Assembly: GCA_964427735.1 (NCBI GenBank)
Contig: CAYRUS010000001.1
Location: forward strand, 226,173 to 290,172
Direction: 5' to 3'
Length of the DNA stretch: 64,000 bases
Origin: an uncultured Gammaproteobacteria bacterium
GTDB taxonomy: Bacteria; Patescibacteriota; Microgenomatia; UBA8517
The notes under the pieces were generated by a model, which saw nothing but the letters and a program-made list of their open reading frames with translations, was not told where the DNA came from and ran no database searches. The number at the start of each line of letters is the position of its first letter. Position 1 is the first letter of the stretch. Shown here piece by piece: positions 10,579 to 20,700 of this stretch. A program made the position numbers and the translations under genes.

Positions 10579-11244
10579 ATGATAATTGATATTGTTACGC
10601 TATTCCCTGAAATGTTTGAGGGCCCATTTAGTGAATCAATAATAAAAAGAGCACAAGAAAAAGACCTTGTAAAAATCAATATTCATAATTTGAGGGATTG
10701 GGCTAGTGATAAACACAATACAGTTGACGACAGACCATATGGTGGTGGTCCAGGAATGGTAATAAAAGTTGATGTTGTAGATAAAGCACTTAAAGAAATT
10801 AAGAAACAAAAAAGAGGAACTACCCAAAAAATAGTATTACTAGAAGCAGCAGGTGAGATATTTACTCAAGAAAAAGCAGCTTCTTTGAGTAAAGTTGACC
10901 ATTTAATTCTCCTTGCAGGACATTACGAAGGCTTTGACGAGAGAGTAAGGGAACACTTAGTTGATGAGGTTATCTCTATAGGTAAGTTTGTTCTAACAGG
11001 TGGAGAATTGCCTGCCATGATTATAACAGATGCTGTCGTGAGATTAATTCCTGGAGTTTTAGGTAGTGAAGCATCTCTTAGCGAAGAGTCCTACAGCAAA
11101 CCAAACTGGCTAGAATACCCACAATATACAAGACCTGAAGAATATAATGATTGGAAAGTCCCTGAAATACTTCTATCCGGAGACCATAAGAGTATTGCTG
11201 AATGGAAAAAAAAGATGGCAGCTAAAGTGTCAAAGAAAGATTAG
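10579..11244 (+). CDS. trmD: tRNA (guanine37-N1)-methyltransferase
   Basis: VTLFPEMF, VDDRPYGGGPGM, GHYEGFDER, VLTGGE, LEYPQYTRP. Confidence 0.97.
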   Translation: MIIDIVTLFPEMFEGPFSESIIKRAQEKDLVKINIHNLRDWASDKHNTVDDRPYGGGPGMVIKVDVVDKALKEIKKQKRGTTQKIVLLEAAGEIFTQEKAASLSKVDHLILLAGHYEGFDERVREHLVDEVISIGKFVLTGGELPAMIITDAVVRLIPGVLGSEASLSEESYSKPNWLEYPQYTRPEEYNDWKVPEILLSGDHKSIAEWKKKMAAKVSKKD

Positions 11245-12475
11245 TAAAAAATTTATATATTTTCTTTATAACTTTAAACCCAATATTTTCTCTTTCCTTT
11301 TCCAAAATAATCATATTAACATCTGATATCTCGTGATCGTAACTTTTGTAACCTGGTCTACTTACTTTCAAAGATTTATTAACAGGTAGATAAGCAATTA
11401 CAAACTTACCGTCTTTTTGTGTTTTGGCTGTTTTATTTTCTGTATATACTTTTGCTCCTTCAATAGGAACATTAAGTTCATTCACAACTTTTGTACTAAT
11501 AACACTTGGTGTGTAAAAACCCTTTATAACATCAGCTGCTAAAGTTTCATTACCATTTTCTTCCCACAATCTAGTACTTCCACCAAAACCAACCCAATAA
11601 TTAATTCCTTCTACCAATTCTGTATCAGACAAATAAGTTAATGTTTCTTCTATCCACTCAGCTTGTTTTACATTGTCAAAACTCTCATGTATTTCTGGAA
11701 TTGGTGCTCCAAACTCACCAATTACAACTTTCCCACCACTTATTTCTGCAATTTCTCTTATGTCATCAGCAAATTCTTTTGGATCCTGAACATAGTGATC
11801 TACAACAACAATACCACCAAGGTTTCGGGTTGTTTCTTTGTTCATTATTAATCTAGCAACATCCCCATTCATTGAATAAAAATTAGAACGGACATCTCTC
11901 CCTAATTTTCTAAATGATTCTTTTGCAACTTTATATTCTTCAATTAAAAATTCTCTATGTCCATTTACATCATCATTAAACCTTGGATCTCCCGGGCCTC
12001 CATTCTCGCATTCGGTGCAAGATGTAAAAATATCTCCATCCTCAAACAAATAATTGTTTTTCAGTATAAATTCTTGAGTAAGTTTTATATGTTGCTCACG
12101 ATTTATATCTTCATACCCAAACCAGTTTTCCCACCCTGCAAAATTACCTCTAAACCAAACATTCAAATTATGTCTCCTTGCAGATTGTACCCATTTTTGT
12201 ATAAAAGGAATAAATTCCTCGTCGTAAGGAGTTCCAATAGCTACATGCGTTGCTCCTGTTTGGACTATTTTTAAAATTTGCCTATCAATTTCTTGATTAA
12301 AGGTAGGGTCAGTGGCTTTCTCTCTTGCCAAATCTCTCGAAAACTTCATAGTGTCAATTGACTGAACATTCCACCAAGTAATATTTTGTTGAGCAGAGAC
12401 ATCAGAAGCCAAGGCAAAAAAAAGCAACCAAACAATAATTATTTTGAAAAAGTTAATCATTAATTTTATATGCAC
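11222..12475 (-). CDS. Secreted glycoside-hydrolase-like protein with a C-terminal carboxypeptidase-regulatory-like beta domain
   Basis: Signal peptide, VVDHY, VVIGEFG and GINYW (clan GH-A-like), then PIEGAKV...KTQKDGKF...PGYKS. Confidence 0.55.
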   Translation of the reverse strand: MHIKLMINFFKIIIVWLLFFALASDVSAQQNITWWNVQSIDTMKFSRDLAREKATDPTFNQEIDRQILKIVQTGATHVAIGTPYDEEFIPFIQKWVQSARRHNLNVWFRGNFAGWENWFGYEDINREQHIKLTQEFILKNNYLFEDGDIFTSCTECENGGPGDPRFNDDVNGHREFLIEEYKVAKESFRKLGRDVRSNFYSMNGDVARLIMNKETTRNLGGIVVVDHYVQDPKEFADDIREIAEISGGKVVIGEFGAPIPEIHESFDNVKQAEWIEETLTYLSDTELVEGINYWVGFGGSTRLWEENGNETLAADVIKGFYTPSVISTKVVNELNVPIEGAKVYTENKTAKTQKDGKFVIAYLPVNKSLKVSRPGYKSYDHEISDVNMIILEKERENIGFKVIKKIYKFFTNLSLTL

Positions 12476-14132
12476 TCCTAGAAAATACAGGTTCAGTCGT
12501 TAAATCTGGAAGATATTCATCCTCCAGTTCATATATGTCTGCAAAGGGATAACTCTCCATTAATTTGTATTTGTTCAATCCCTCGATTCCTCCTACTTCT
12601 TTCCAGGTTAAATCATTATTGTCGTGAGTTCTCACAATCACCCATCTTGCCCACTTCTCCGGTGCCTTAACTGCACTATCCCAGTAATCACCAGTTCCTT
12701 CGTGAATAAATCTCTTCATTGGCATTCCAGAAGTGAATATTATGGCATCATGAGAAGCTGCAGAGATAAGAACAAATCCTTCTTCTTCTGATGCATTATC
12801 CTTTAACCACGAGGATACTTCTGTTACGTTTTTCCCGCTTGACCCATAAAGTGCATCTTCTAAAGTTACAACATCAAAATTAACAAATGCAAAAAATATC
12901 ACAAACAATACAATACCTAGTATTGCAAACCTAAAGCTTTTTAACTTATCCATCAAATATCCTGAAAAGACTGCAATTGCAGGTGCAAGCATCAAGCCAT
13001 AGCGAACATTAAACCAGTTATCACCGGATATACCATTGATAAAAAGGACAGAATGACCCAAAAATAAAGCAATAATATTAAAGATGAATGGAGCAATTAA
13101 TGTCAAAATTGATATTTTAATTTCTGTTTTTTTTGTTTTATCTAGTAAGAAAAGAATTAGCCCAAGTAAACCTGCAAATGCAATTACAGTATATGAGTTG
13201 TAAAAAACAGCATAGGTATACACTTTAATTGATAAAAGTATATTCCCTTTGGTTAAGAGTTCTCCTGCTGCTTCTAATTGTTCCTGCTGAGCATGTGCAG
13301 AAAATGGACCAAAGGCAAAATACAAAGGGTCGCTAAAAATAAGCAAATTCCATAAAAACCACAAAAATACACCTAGCCCTGCTAAAGTTGAAAAAAATAT
13401 GACTGTTCCTGTTAGTTTTTTGTATGATTTTTTCTTTATTAAAAGTAATACAATTAAACCCGCAGAAAACATAAATAAAAACCAACCATCATATCGCACC
13501 AAGGTGGAAAGCATAATGAAAAATGCTGATTTTATTAAATCAAATATTTCTTCTTTTTCAGACCATAACAAAAAATAATAAGCCCCGGCAGTCATTGTAG
13601 CCATAAGAAGAATTTCTGTCATTGCGGTTGATTGCAAATACAAGATATTAAGATTTGCTGCAAATATAAAACTTCCAAAAACCCTACTATACAAACCAAC
13701 ACCTAATTTATTTAAGAAGAAATAAACCAGCATACCAGTAACAACAAAGGAGATCATAGAAACTACTGCTCCCGAAAGACCTGAATGCCACATAAAACTA
13801 TTCCATATTGTGGGCATCATCAAAATATGAGGTAATGGCAACCAAACAGAACCAAGCTGTGCTAATCCTGGTTTCAATCCTTCAACTACTCTTCTACCAA
13901 TATCAAGATGCGATCGTGCATCGTTATACAAAAGACTCATACCATTTTGATAGAACCAAATAAAAGTAAATATAGAAATAATGCTTAAAGCGAAAATTAA
14001 AATAAAAACAATTTTACTTTCTACAAAACTCTTTACTCTATTAAACCATTGAAAAGGCACAGTAATATTCCATACTGTTTCTTTCTTTGTTGATGATTTT
14101 TTGAGACTTATAAATTTACTCTTTTTTTTCAT
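12453..14132 (-). CDS. GT-C fold glycosyltransferase
   Basis: YNDARSH, VWLPLPH, AMTE, RYDGW and RY motifs, multi-TM. Confidence 0.75.
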   Translation of the reverse strand: MKKKSKFISLKKSSTKKETVWNITVPFQWFNRVKSFVESKIVFILIFALSIISIFTFIWFYQNGMSLLYNDARSHLDIGRRVVEGLKPGLAQLGSVWLPLPHILMMPTIWNSFMWHSGLSGAVVSMISFVVTGMLVYFFLNKLGVGLYSRVFGSFIFAANLNILYLQSTAMTEILLMATMTAGAYYFLLWSEKEEIFDLIKSAFFIMLSTLVRYDGWFLFMFSAGLIVLLLIKKKSYKKLTGTVIFFSTLAGLGVFLWFLWNLLIFSDPLYFAFGPFSAHAQQEQLEAAGELLTKGNILLSIKVYTYAVFYNSYTVIAFAGLLGLILFLLDKTKKTEIKISILTLIAPFIFNIIALFLGHSVLFINGISGDNWFNVRYGLMLAPAIAVFSGYLMDKLKSFRFAILGIVLFVIFFAFVNFDVVTLEDALYGSSGKNVTEVSSWLKDNASEEEGFVLISAASHDAIIFTSGMPMKRFIHEGTGDYWDSAVKAPEKWARWVIVRTHDNNDLTWKEVGGIEGLNKYKLMESYPFADIYELEDEYLPDLTTEPVFSRSAYKIND

Positions 14133-14143
14133 GATTTTTTAAC

Positions 14144-15751
14144 TTAAATTACTTTTCTCAAAAAAAACTTCTGCAAATTGTTTAGCCCCAACTTTCTTTT
14201 GCTTTCATAAATAGCCAACCCATAAAGATACCCAAAACAAGTTAAAATAATTATTGCTGAAATTACTAAATAAAACTCCAATGGTTTTATGTGGTCTTTC
14301 AAATATGTATTATAAACATAGGATTTTGATCCTGAACTCATTAAATAGTCATAGTTTCGCTCAAATGTATATTTTTCCATTTTCCCTGACAACGTGCTCA
14401 AATGTGCAGCTTCAACTTTTGGAGGATTAAGATTTGAAGTTAAAGCCCCTAGTGAGTTAACTATTACGCCATAGCTTAATACAATAAAGAAGAAGAATAA
14501 AATCAAAAGTGATCCCTTTCTTTTTATAACATCCAAGGTAAAAGGTAGTGAAATTGCAAATATTGCATAACTAGGAATTAAATACCTGGACCCAAATGCC
14601 CAACCTCCCCATGGGTCACCCCACATCGAATAAATGATTAAGTTTAAAGAAACTATAGAAACAAGAAGAGAACTAATCTGTGAGTTTTTGCGAGATAATT
14701 CCACTAACCCATAAACTCCAAATAGCACAATAGTAGAATAAAAAATTACTCCTCTATCTAAACTAAATAAATGAACATAAAGCCCATTAATCATGTTTTG
14801 AGTATCAAAAAAACCTATCGAAGTTTTGGTTTCTTGTTCAATTTCATTTGCATCAAGACCCTTGTCAAAAGACTCAGGCAATCCCTGGTCATTTATTAAA
14901 TCAACACTAGAAACTGTTCCAGATAACTGGAGAGGATTTCCATATGCTTCATGATTATAAATAAAAAACATCACCAAAGGTATCAATGAAGCTAATATCG
15001 CCATTAATGTTTTTGATAAATTAAATTTAACTTTCAGAGTTTTATTTTTGGACTCTACCTTAATAATTTTTGAAACTGCAAGCAAGGCAATCGGAAACAT
15101 AAAAATGATACTAGGACTGTCTATTACTATAGAAGAAGCTATCAATACCCATACTACAGAATGTGCTAGTAACGAAGTTTCATATTTAATCAAAAGATAT
15201 ATCGAAAATAAAATTGCAAAAGCAGTTATATGATGCTGATAAAGAGTAGTTGAATAGGCGTAGGCAGGTGTGGCAAATAGAAAAGATAAAGCTCCAACTG
15301 CAGAAGCATTTGAAGAAGTACCTAAGTGACTGGAAATTCCCCTTATAATTAGTGCATTTAAAACTGCAAAAACACCTACAACAGCAAAAGCCCCATATTG
15401 AGAGACATTAAACATTTTTCCAAATAAATATCCCGGTATAGCTAAAAATGATACAGCTGGAGGAAAAAGTGAAACATATTTTCCATCAACATATCCTAAA
15501 TCAGGGGTAGTAAACCGTGCTAAAGGAAGGCTCAACTCCACACTGTCATTTTCTATCACTGAATAAAGCAAAGTAAATCTACCTTTTTCCGGAGAAAGTT
15601 CAAATGGATTATCAACTCTTGATTTAACAGAAAATAATTCATCTTCTTTTATATTGCCGTGAATTCCCTTTGTTGAAAACAAGACTATTATCAGACAAAA
15701 GACAACAAAGAAAACTTTTTCAAAGTTTATTTTAATTTTATTTTTTAACAT
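14144..15751 (-). CDS. GT-C-like multi-pass membrane protein
   Basis: PDLGYVDGKYVSLFPP and W.GGWAFGSRYLIP motifs. Confidence 0.65.
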   Translation of the reverse strand: MLKNKIKINFEKVFFVVFCLIIVLFSTKGIHGNIKEDELFSVKSRVDNPFELSPEKGRFTLLYSVIENDSVELSLPLARFTTPDLGYVDGKYVSLFPPAVSFLAIPGYLFGKMFNVSQYGAFAVVGVFAVLNALIIRGISSHLGTSSNASAVGALSFLFATPAYAYSTTLYQHHITAFAILFSIYLLIKYETSLLAHSVVWVLIASSIVIDSPSIIFMFPIALLAVSKIIKVESKNKTLKVKFNLSKTLMAILASLIPLVMFFIYNHEAYGNPLQLSGTVSSVDLINDQGLPESFDKGLDANEIEQETKTSIGFFDTQNMINGLYVHLFSLDRGVIFYSTIVLFGVYGLVELSRKNSQISSLLVSIVSLNLIIYSMWGDPWGGWAFGSRYLIPSYAIFAISLPFTLDVIKRKGSLLILFFFFIVLSYGVIVNSLGALTSNLNPPKVEAAHLSTLSGKMEKYTFERNYDYLMSSGSKSYVYNTYLKDHIKPLEFYLVISAIIILTCFGYLYGLAIYESKRKLGLNNLQKFFLRKVI

Positions 15752-16502
15752 AATACTTTTCCGCCACTTTGGGAACTAACCTATTTGGAAATACCACATC
15801 AAATTGTGTTTTGTATTTTTTCATCAAATTTACTTTTTTATTATGGTCGGTTTTATAAACAAAAATTTTGTAAGATTTTTTAGAATGCTTTCCATATTTT
15901 TTCTCAGTGTTATATGGAAAGTCAGACCAATATATAATTTCTTCAAATACCCTCTCACAGGCATTTCTAACAATCACATGATCTACATGAGATCCATATG
16001 CAAATGGGCAAAAAACTATTGAGTTTTTGGGTATAATTTTTTTAAGTTTTTCTGCAATTTCATCTATTAAATTAATCTCGTAGCTAGAGATTTTTCCATT
16101 TGCAATATTTAACCTGTAAATAGGATAAACATGCATAAACTCTGGAACTACTCTTCCTAAAGTTTTTGCAACAAAACCTGTTTTTGTCCTCCATAAGGCA
16201 TCTGTGTAATCAAGATTTACAACATTTACACCTATGCTTTTAAACAAATTCTTGTCTGCATTTACACGATCTTCAAAAAGCTTTATTGGGTCTTCGAAGT
16301 TACAATTTTTTAAAAATCTATTAGCTGAGATAGTTTGCTTTCCATTACCTGCTTTTGTAAATACGTTAATAACATTGACATTGTTATTCTTGATTAGATT
16401 AAGCAGTAAAGATCCGCAGGAAAATACAGCATCGTCCAAATGTGGCGAAATAAAGTAAATGTTTTTATCTTTCATAATTTTATTTAAAGTTGGCTCTTTC
16501 AT
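15738..16502 (-). CDS. PIG-L/LmbE family de-N-acetylase
   Basis: SPHLDDAVFSCG, HVDH, DFPY. Confidence 0.9.
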   Translation of the reverse strand: MKEPTLNKIMKDKNIYFISPHLDDAVFSCGSLLLNLIKNNNVNVINVFTKAGNGKQTISANRFLKNCNFEDPIKLFEDRVNADKNLFKSIGVNVVNLDYTDALWRTKTGFVAKTLGRVVPEFMHVYPIYRLNIANGKISSYEINLIDEIAEKLKKIIPKNSIVFCPFAYGSHVDHVIVRNACERVFEEIIYWSDFPYNTEKKYGKHSKKSYKIFVYKTDHNKKVNLMKKYKTQFDVVFPNRLVPKVAEKYYVKK

Positions 16503-16514
16503 TTTTCGAATATC

Positions 16515-17708
16515 TTAATTAGAAATAATTTCATTTAAATTACCTCTCTTATTGATCATTAAATTTTTATTTGCAATGTAATAATTTTTGAGTTCCTCTG
16601 ATATAAACTCGTCATATTTTTCTGACACAGAATTCCAATCATAATTTCTTGCGAATTTGTATGCTCTTTTTCCTATAGAAGCTCTTTTAACATCGTCTTT
16701 TAATATTTTTATTAATGCATTAGAAAGTGATCTTGAAGAAACTCTCTTGACTTTAATAGCAATACTTTCTGGAATCCATTTAAGTCCATCGATATCAAAA
16801 CATACGAGAGTTTTAGCATAGGAAAAGGTTTCTAGTGCAACTAAAGAAAATGTTTCAAATCTTGAAGGACAAACAACTACTATTGCGTCTTGGAATAATT
16901 TCTCTTTGGATGTCCCCTCTACTCTTCCAACTAATTTCACATTGTCTTGAAGTTTTTTGCTTTTAATTAGCTCTATTAATTCCTTTTCCTCTTTTTTGTT
17001 TCCATCACCTGCAATTATCAATTTAAAATTCAAATGCTTTTTAACTTCAGCAATAGCATTGATTAATAAATCTAAACCTTTTTGATTTATCTCTATCCTC
17101 CCGATAAATAAAATATGCTTTTCTTTATTAAAGTTTTGCTTAGGTATTTTTACACCATTCGGAATCACATTAATTGCTGCTTGCTTGTTTATTCTGGTAA
17201 TCTTTTCTCGTTGGGTTTCTGTTAACACAATAAATCTTCTGTAACACTTTAAACCGATTTTTTCGACTAAAGTTAAAGGTACAAAATACTTTCTTTTCAT
17301 ATCACTTGCTGAAAGCATATGGACAAGACCTATAACAGGTTTTTTTGTATAGAATTGTAAAAATGAGGTAGAAAAGGGGGGAGTAAAGCTCTCTATCCAT
17401 AGATCATAACTTTCTTTAAGAACATAAAATGGTAAAGTCAGGTGAAACAAAAGTTGGCTAACTCTAGGACCCCATAAAAACACACCAATTCTCTTATAAC
17501 TAACTCCATCCTTAACCTTGTTAATACTACCGGGATAATTCCCTGTTAAGACAATTAGCTCATATTTTTTGGATAATCTTTTAGCAACTTCATGAATAGC
17601 AAAAGCACCACCACCATTATAAAAAGGATTATCAATAGAATCATAAGTTGATATAACTATTTTATTATTCTTTTTTATTCGGTTTTTTATAATTTTTTCT
17701 GTTTTCAT
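16515..17708 (-). CDS. GT4 family glycosyltransferase
   Basis: GGGA, IPNGV, FIGRI..QKG, PSRFETFSLVALE. The start is placed at ATG 17708 to avoid overlap with the upstream gene. Confidence 0.9.
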   Translation of the reverse strand: MKTEKIIKNRIKKNNKIVISTYDSIDNPFYNGGGAFAIHEVAKRLSKKYELIVLTGNYPGSINKVKDGVSYKRIGVFLWGPRVSQLLFHLTLPFYVLKESYDLWIESFTPPFSTSFLQFYTKKPVIGLVHMLSASDMKRKYFVPLTLVEKIGLKCYRRFIVLTETQREKITRINKQAAINVIPNGVKIPKQNFNKEKHILFIGRIEINQKGLDLLINAIAEVKKHLNFKLIIAGDGNKKEEKELIELIKSKKLQDNVKLVGRVEGTSKEKLFQDAIVVVCPSRFETFSLVALETFSYAKTLVCFDIDGLKWIPESIAIKVKRVSSRSLSNALIKILKDDVKRASIGKRAYKFARNYDWNSVSEKYDEFISEELKNYYIANKNLMINKRGNLNEIISN

Positions 17709-17727
17709 AGCTTTTGTATATGAATAT

Positions 17728-20700
17728 TTAATTGAATAAATTCTCCCTAGCCAAAGAAAGACCATCTATAACAACATTGCTGTCTTTGCGAATCTCGCTT
17801 TGCATAATCTGCAAAAAATCTCTGGCATTTTTCTCCCAACTAAATCCTTCAGCCCATTTTTTTGCTTTCCTGGAAAGCTCCATTCTTTTTTTATTGTTTT
17901 TTATAAGATCCTCCATAACTTGAGCAAGAGAATCTACATTTTTTAATGGAAACAAAATTCCAGTCTCTCCATCTACAACAGAGTCTTTAAGTCCACTTAC
18001 ATTAGAAGCTACAACAGGAGTAGCACATGCATTTGCCTCTAAAACTGTTATCCCCCAACCTTCAAAAGTAGATGGCTGAATAGATACCCAACTTTTTGAG
18101 AGCTCATTTATTTTTCTTTTCTCACTTACTTTCCCTGTAAGTTTTACAAACTCATTTAATTTATTTTTCATAATTAACTCCTTAATAAACTCTCTACTCT
18201 CACCGTCTCCTGCTATTGTTAATCTAGCTTCCGGGTATTTGGCTACAATCTTTGAGAATGCATTTATGGCAATATCTATGTTCTTATATGGCTTTAATCT
18301 ACCTAAATAAATAAATGATGGATATTTTGTCTTTTTAATTCCATTAACTTTTATATCTACACAAGGAGGAATAATGTGAATATTTTCTCTGTGATTAAGT
18401 CCGATTCTCTTTAACTCTTTTTTTGTTGATTCAGATACAGTAATAATAGTGCTTTTTCTATATGCAATCGGTATTAATTTCCCTTCTAAAAACATCGCAA
18501 TTCTGTTTAACGGAAACGGTAATAGCTGTCTGTGCACATCTTGGTGGATATGATGCAAAACAAGAATTTTGGGTAAGCGAGAATAAAATGGAGTAAAAAA
18601 CGGAATACCGTTTTCGCAATCAATTACAATGTCAAACTTTCCTCTAAATTTGATTGTGTAGTATAAAAATGCCCAAAGATAAACAGTATAAAATCCACCT
18701 CTTCTTATTATTTTTACCCCATCTATTTTTTCTGTACGTTTTGATTTTTGATCGCTACCGCAAAAAATTGTCACTTCATGTCCTTCCTTTACCCAATTTT
18801 TAGCTAAATTATGAATATAAACTTCAGCACCGCCTGCCCAAACATGCTTAATATCTCTCCAATTAAAAACCAATATTTTTAAACTACTAGCTTCTTTAGT
18901 TGAAGTGTTATTAAAGTTTGTGAATAAACCAAACAGGTCCTCAATATTTCCAATAATAGAGCCTGATTTGCTATAAACAATGTGCAACAGAGACACGACC
19001 AAAAGCTGTGTAATTGCAAGTCCGGATGCTATATTTGCTATCTCAACAAATGAAGAATGATAATTTGAAATAGCAAAAACTTGTACAAGGGAAAATCCTA
19101 CTGACAAAATTGCAAATGAATAATCATTTTTAATTAGGTGATAAGTTACAATTCCCACTGACACAGTAAAAGCAACCATCCCAATACAGAACCTAATTAA
19201 ATAGGGCAAAATTGGATAAGCTTTTGAGCCAAAGAGAATTGGAACTGTATAAAAACCAAACCAACCAATAAATACAAATCCAATTAAAGATGATGCAGTT
19301 GAAGCTAGAAGTAGCTTATTAAATATAGAAATAGTTTCTAAACCTTCTCCTTCTCTTTTACTTATCAGAGGTATAAAAAACTGAGAAAACAAAGTACCTA
19401 GATAAAAAACAATTTTCCCTGATAAAGAAAGCAAAGCGTAAATTCCTGCTTCTTCTGAAGGTAAGTAATGCTTTGCCATCACAACATCAATGCTCAAAAA
19501 TGCAACGGCAGATATATTTGTAAGCAATGAGGCAGAAAAGAAAGTGGTAGGAAATCTTAATAATTTTTCTGAAAGCTTGTTTGTTTTAACAAATCGTGTT
19601 TTTGCAATTACTAATTCACTTAATATAAATGCCACAACAACTGAAGCAGGAATAGCAACATAAATAAGCTCTGTATTATCTAACTCAATCGCAATGACAG
19701 TAAAAATTAATTTAGTCACTGCCTCAATAAGTAAAACAAATCCCAAGGTATAAAATTTTATGTTTCCTGATAAATATCCCTTATTTGCAGCTAGTAAAAA
19801 TCCTACTGTAAAAACAGGAAAGAAACTCAAGAAAGGCAAAATATCTGCTGTTTTAAAGTAGGAAAATAAATATGGATTTATTAGAAGCCATGATAAAGTT
19901 ATCAAAAATGAATATAAAACTATTCTTTTTTTTGTATTATCAAGAAAGCATCTGATTGGAAGCTTAACTTTCCCAAAGATATAACCGCTTTTATAAGAAA
20001 TCGCAGTATATAAAGAAACAAAAACAATGCCAACAATTCCAAATATGTTGGACATCAAACTTACCGTACCAAATTCATCAAAATCCAGATTGCGACCAAG
20101 ATATGCATTATAGAAAAAGTTTGCAAAATTAAAAAAGACAGTTACCCCAAACAAGAAAAGAAAAGAACCTTTTTCAGAATATTTCATCACATATTGTTTC
20201 AATAAATTTAACCTTGGCTTTGGCTGAGGTTGAGTAATTTGGATAGAAATCTTTTTCTTTTGAGGTGATTTTGGACCACCTTTTTTAAGATGAAGTCCAT
20301 GAATTGTTTTTTCCCAATAATGTGGTTTTACAATTAATTGATAAAAAGCAATTACAGCAGAGACACTTGCCATCATCCAATAAAATGGAATAAAAAAGAC
20401 ATGGTAAACCAAATTCCATTCATTTCTTTTGGCAAGCCCAATCATGTAGCTGTAGAAATATAGAAAATTTCCAAATACCAAACAGACCACAGCAACGTAA
20501 AAAACTAGCGGAGGAAATAAAGATTCAATTTGTAGACCAACATAATCATAAAATACAAAGTAAGAAATGGTTGCAATCCAAAAAATAGGGTTAATTATTA
20601 TAAAAACCATCCTCATACCAATAATCAGCTGGAACAAAATAGTATGGATTCCACTTTCCTTAAAAAATTGAACTGGGTTTCTCATATGTACCAGATAGGT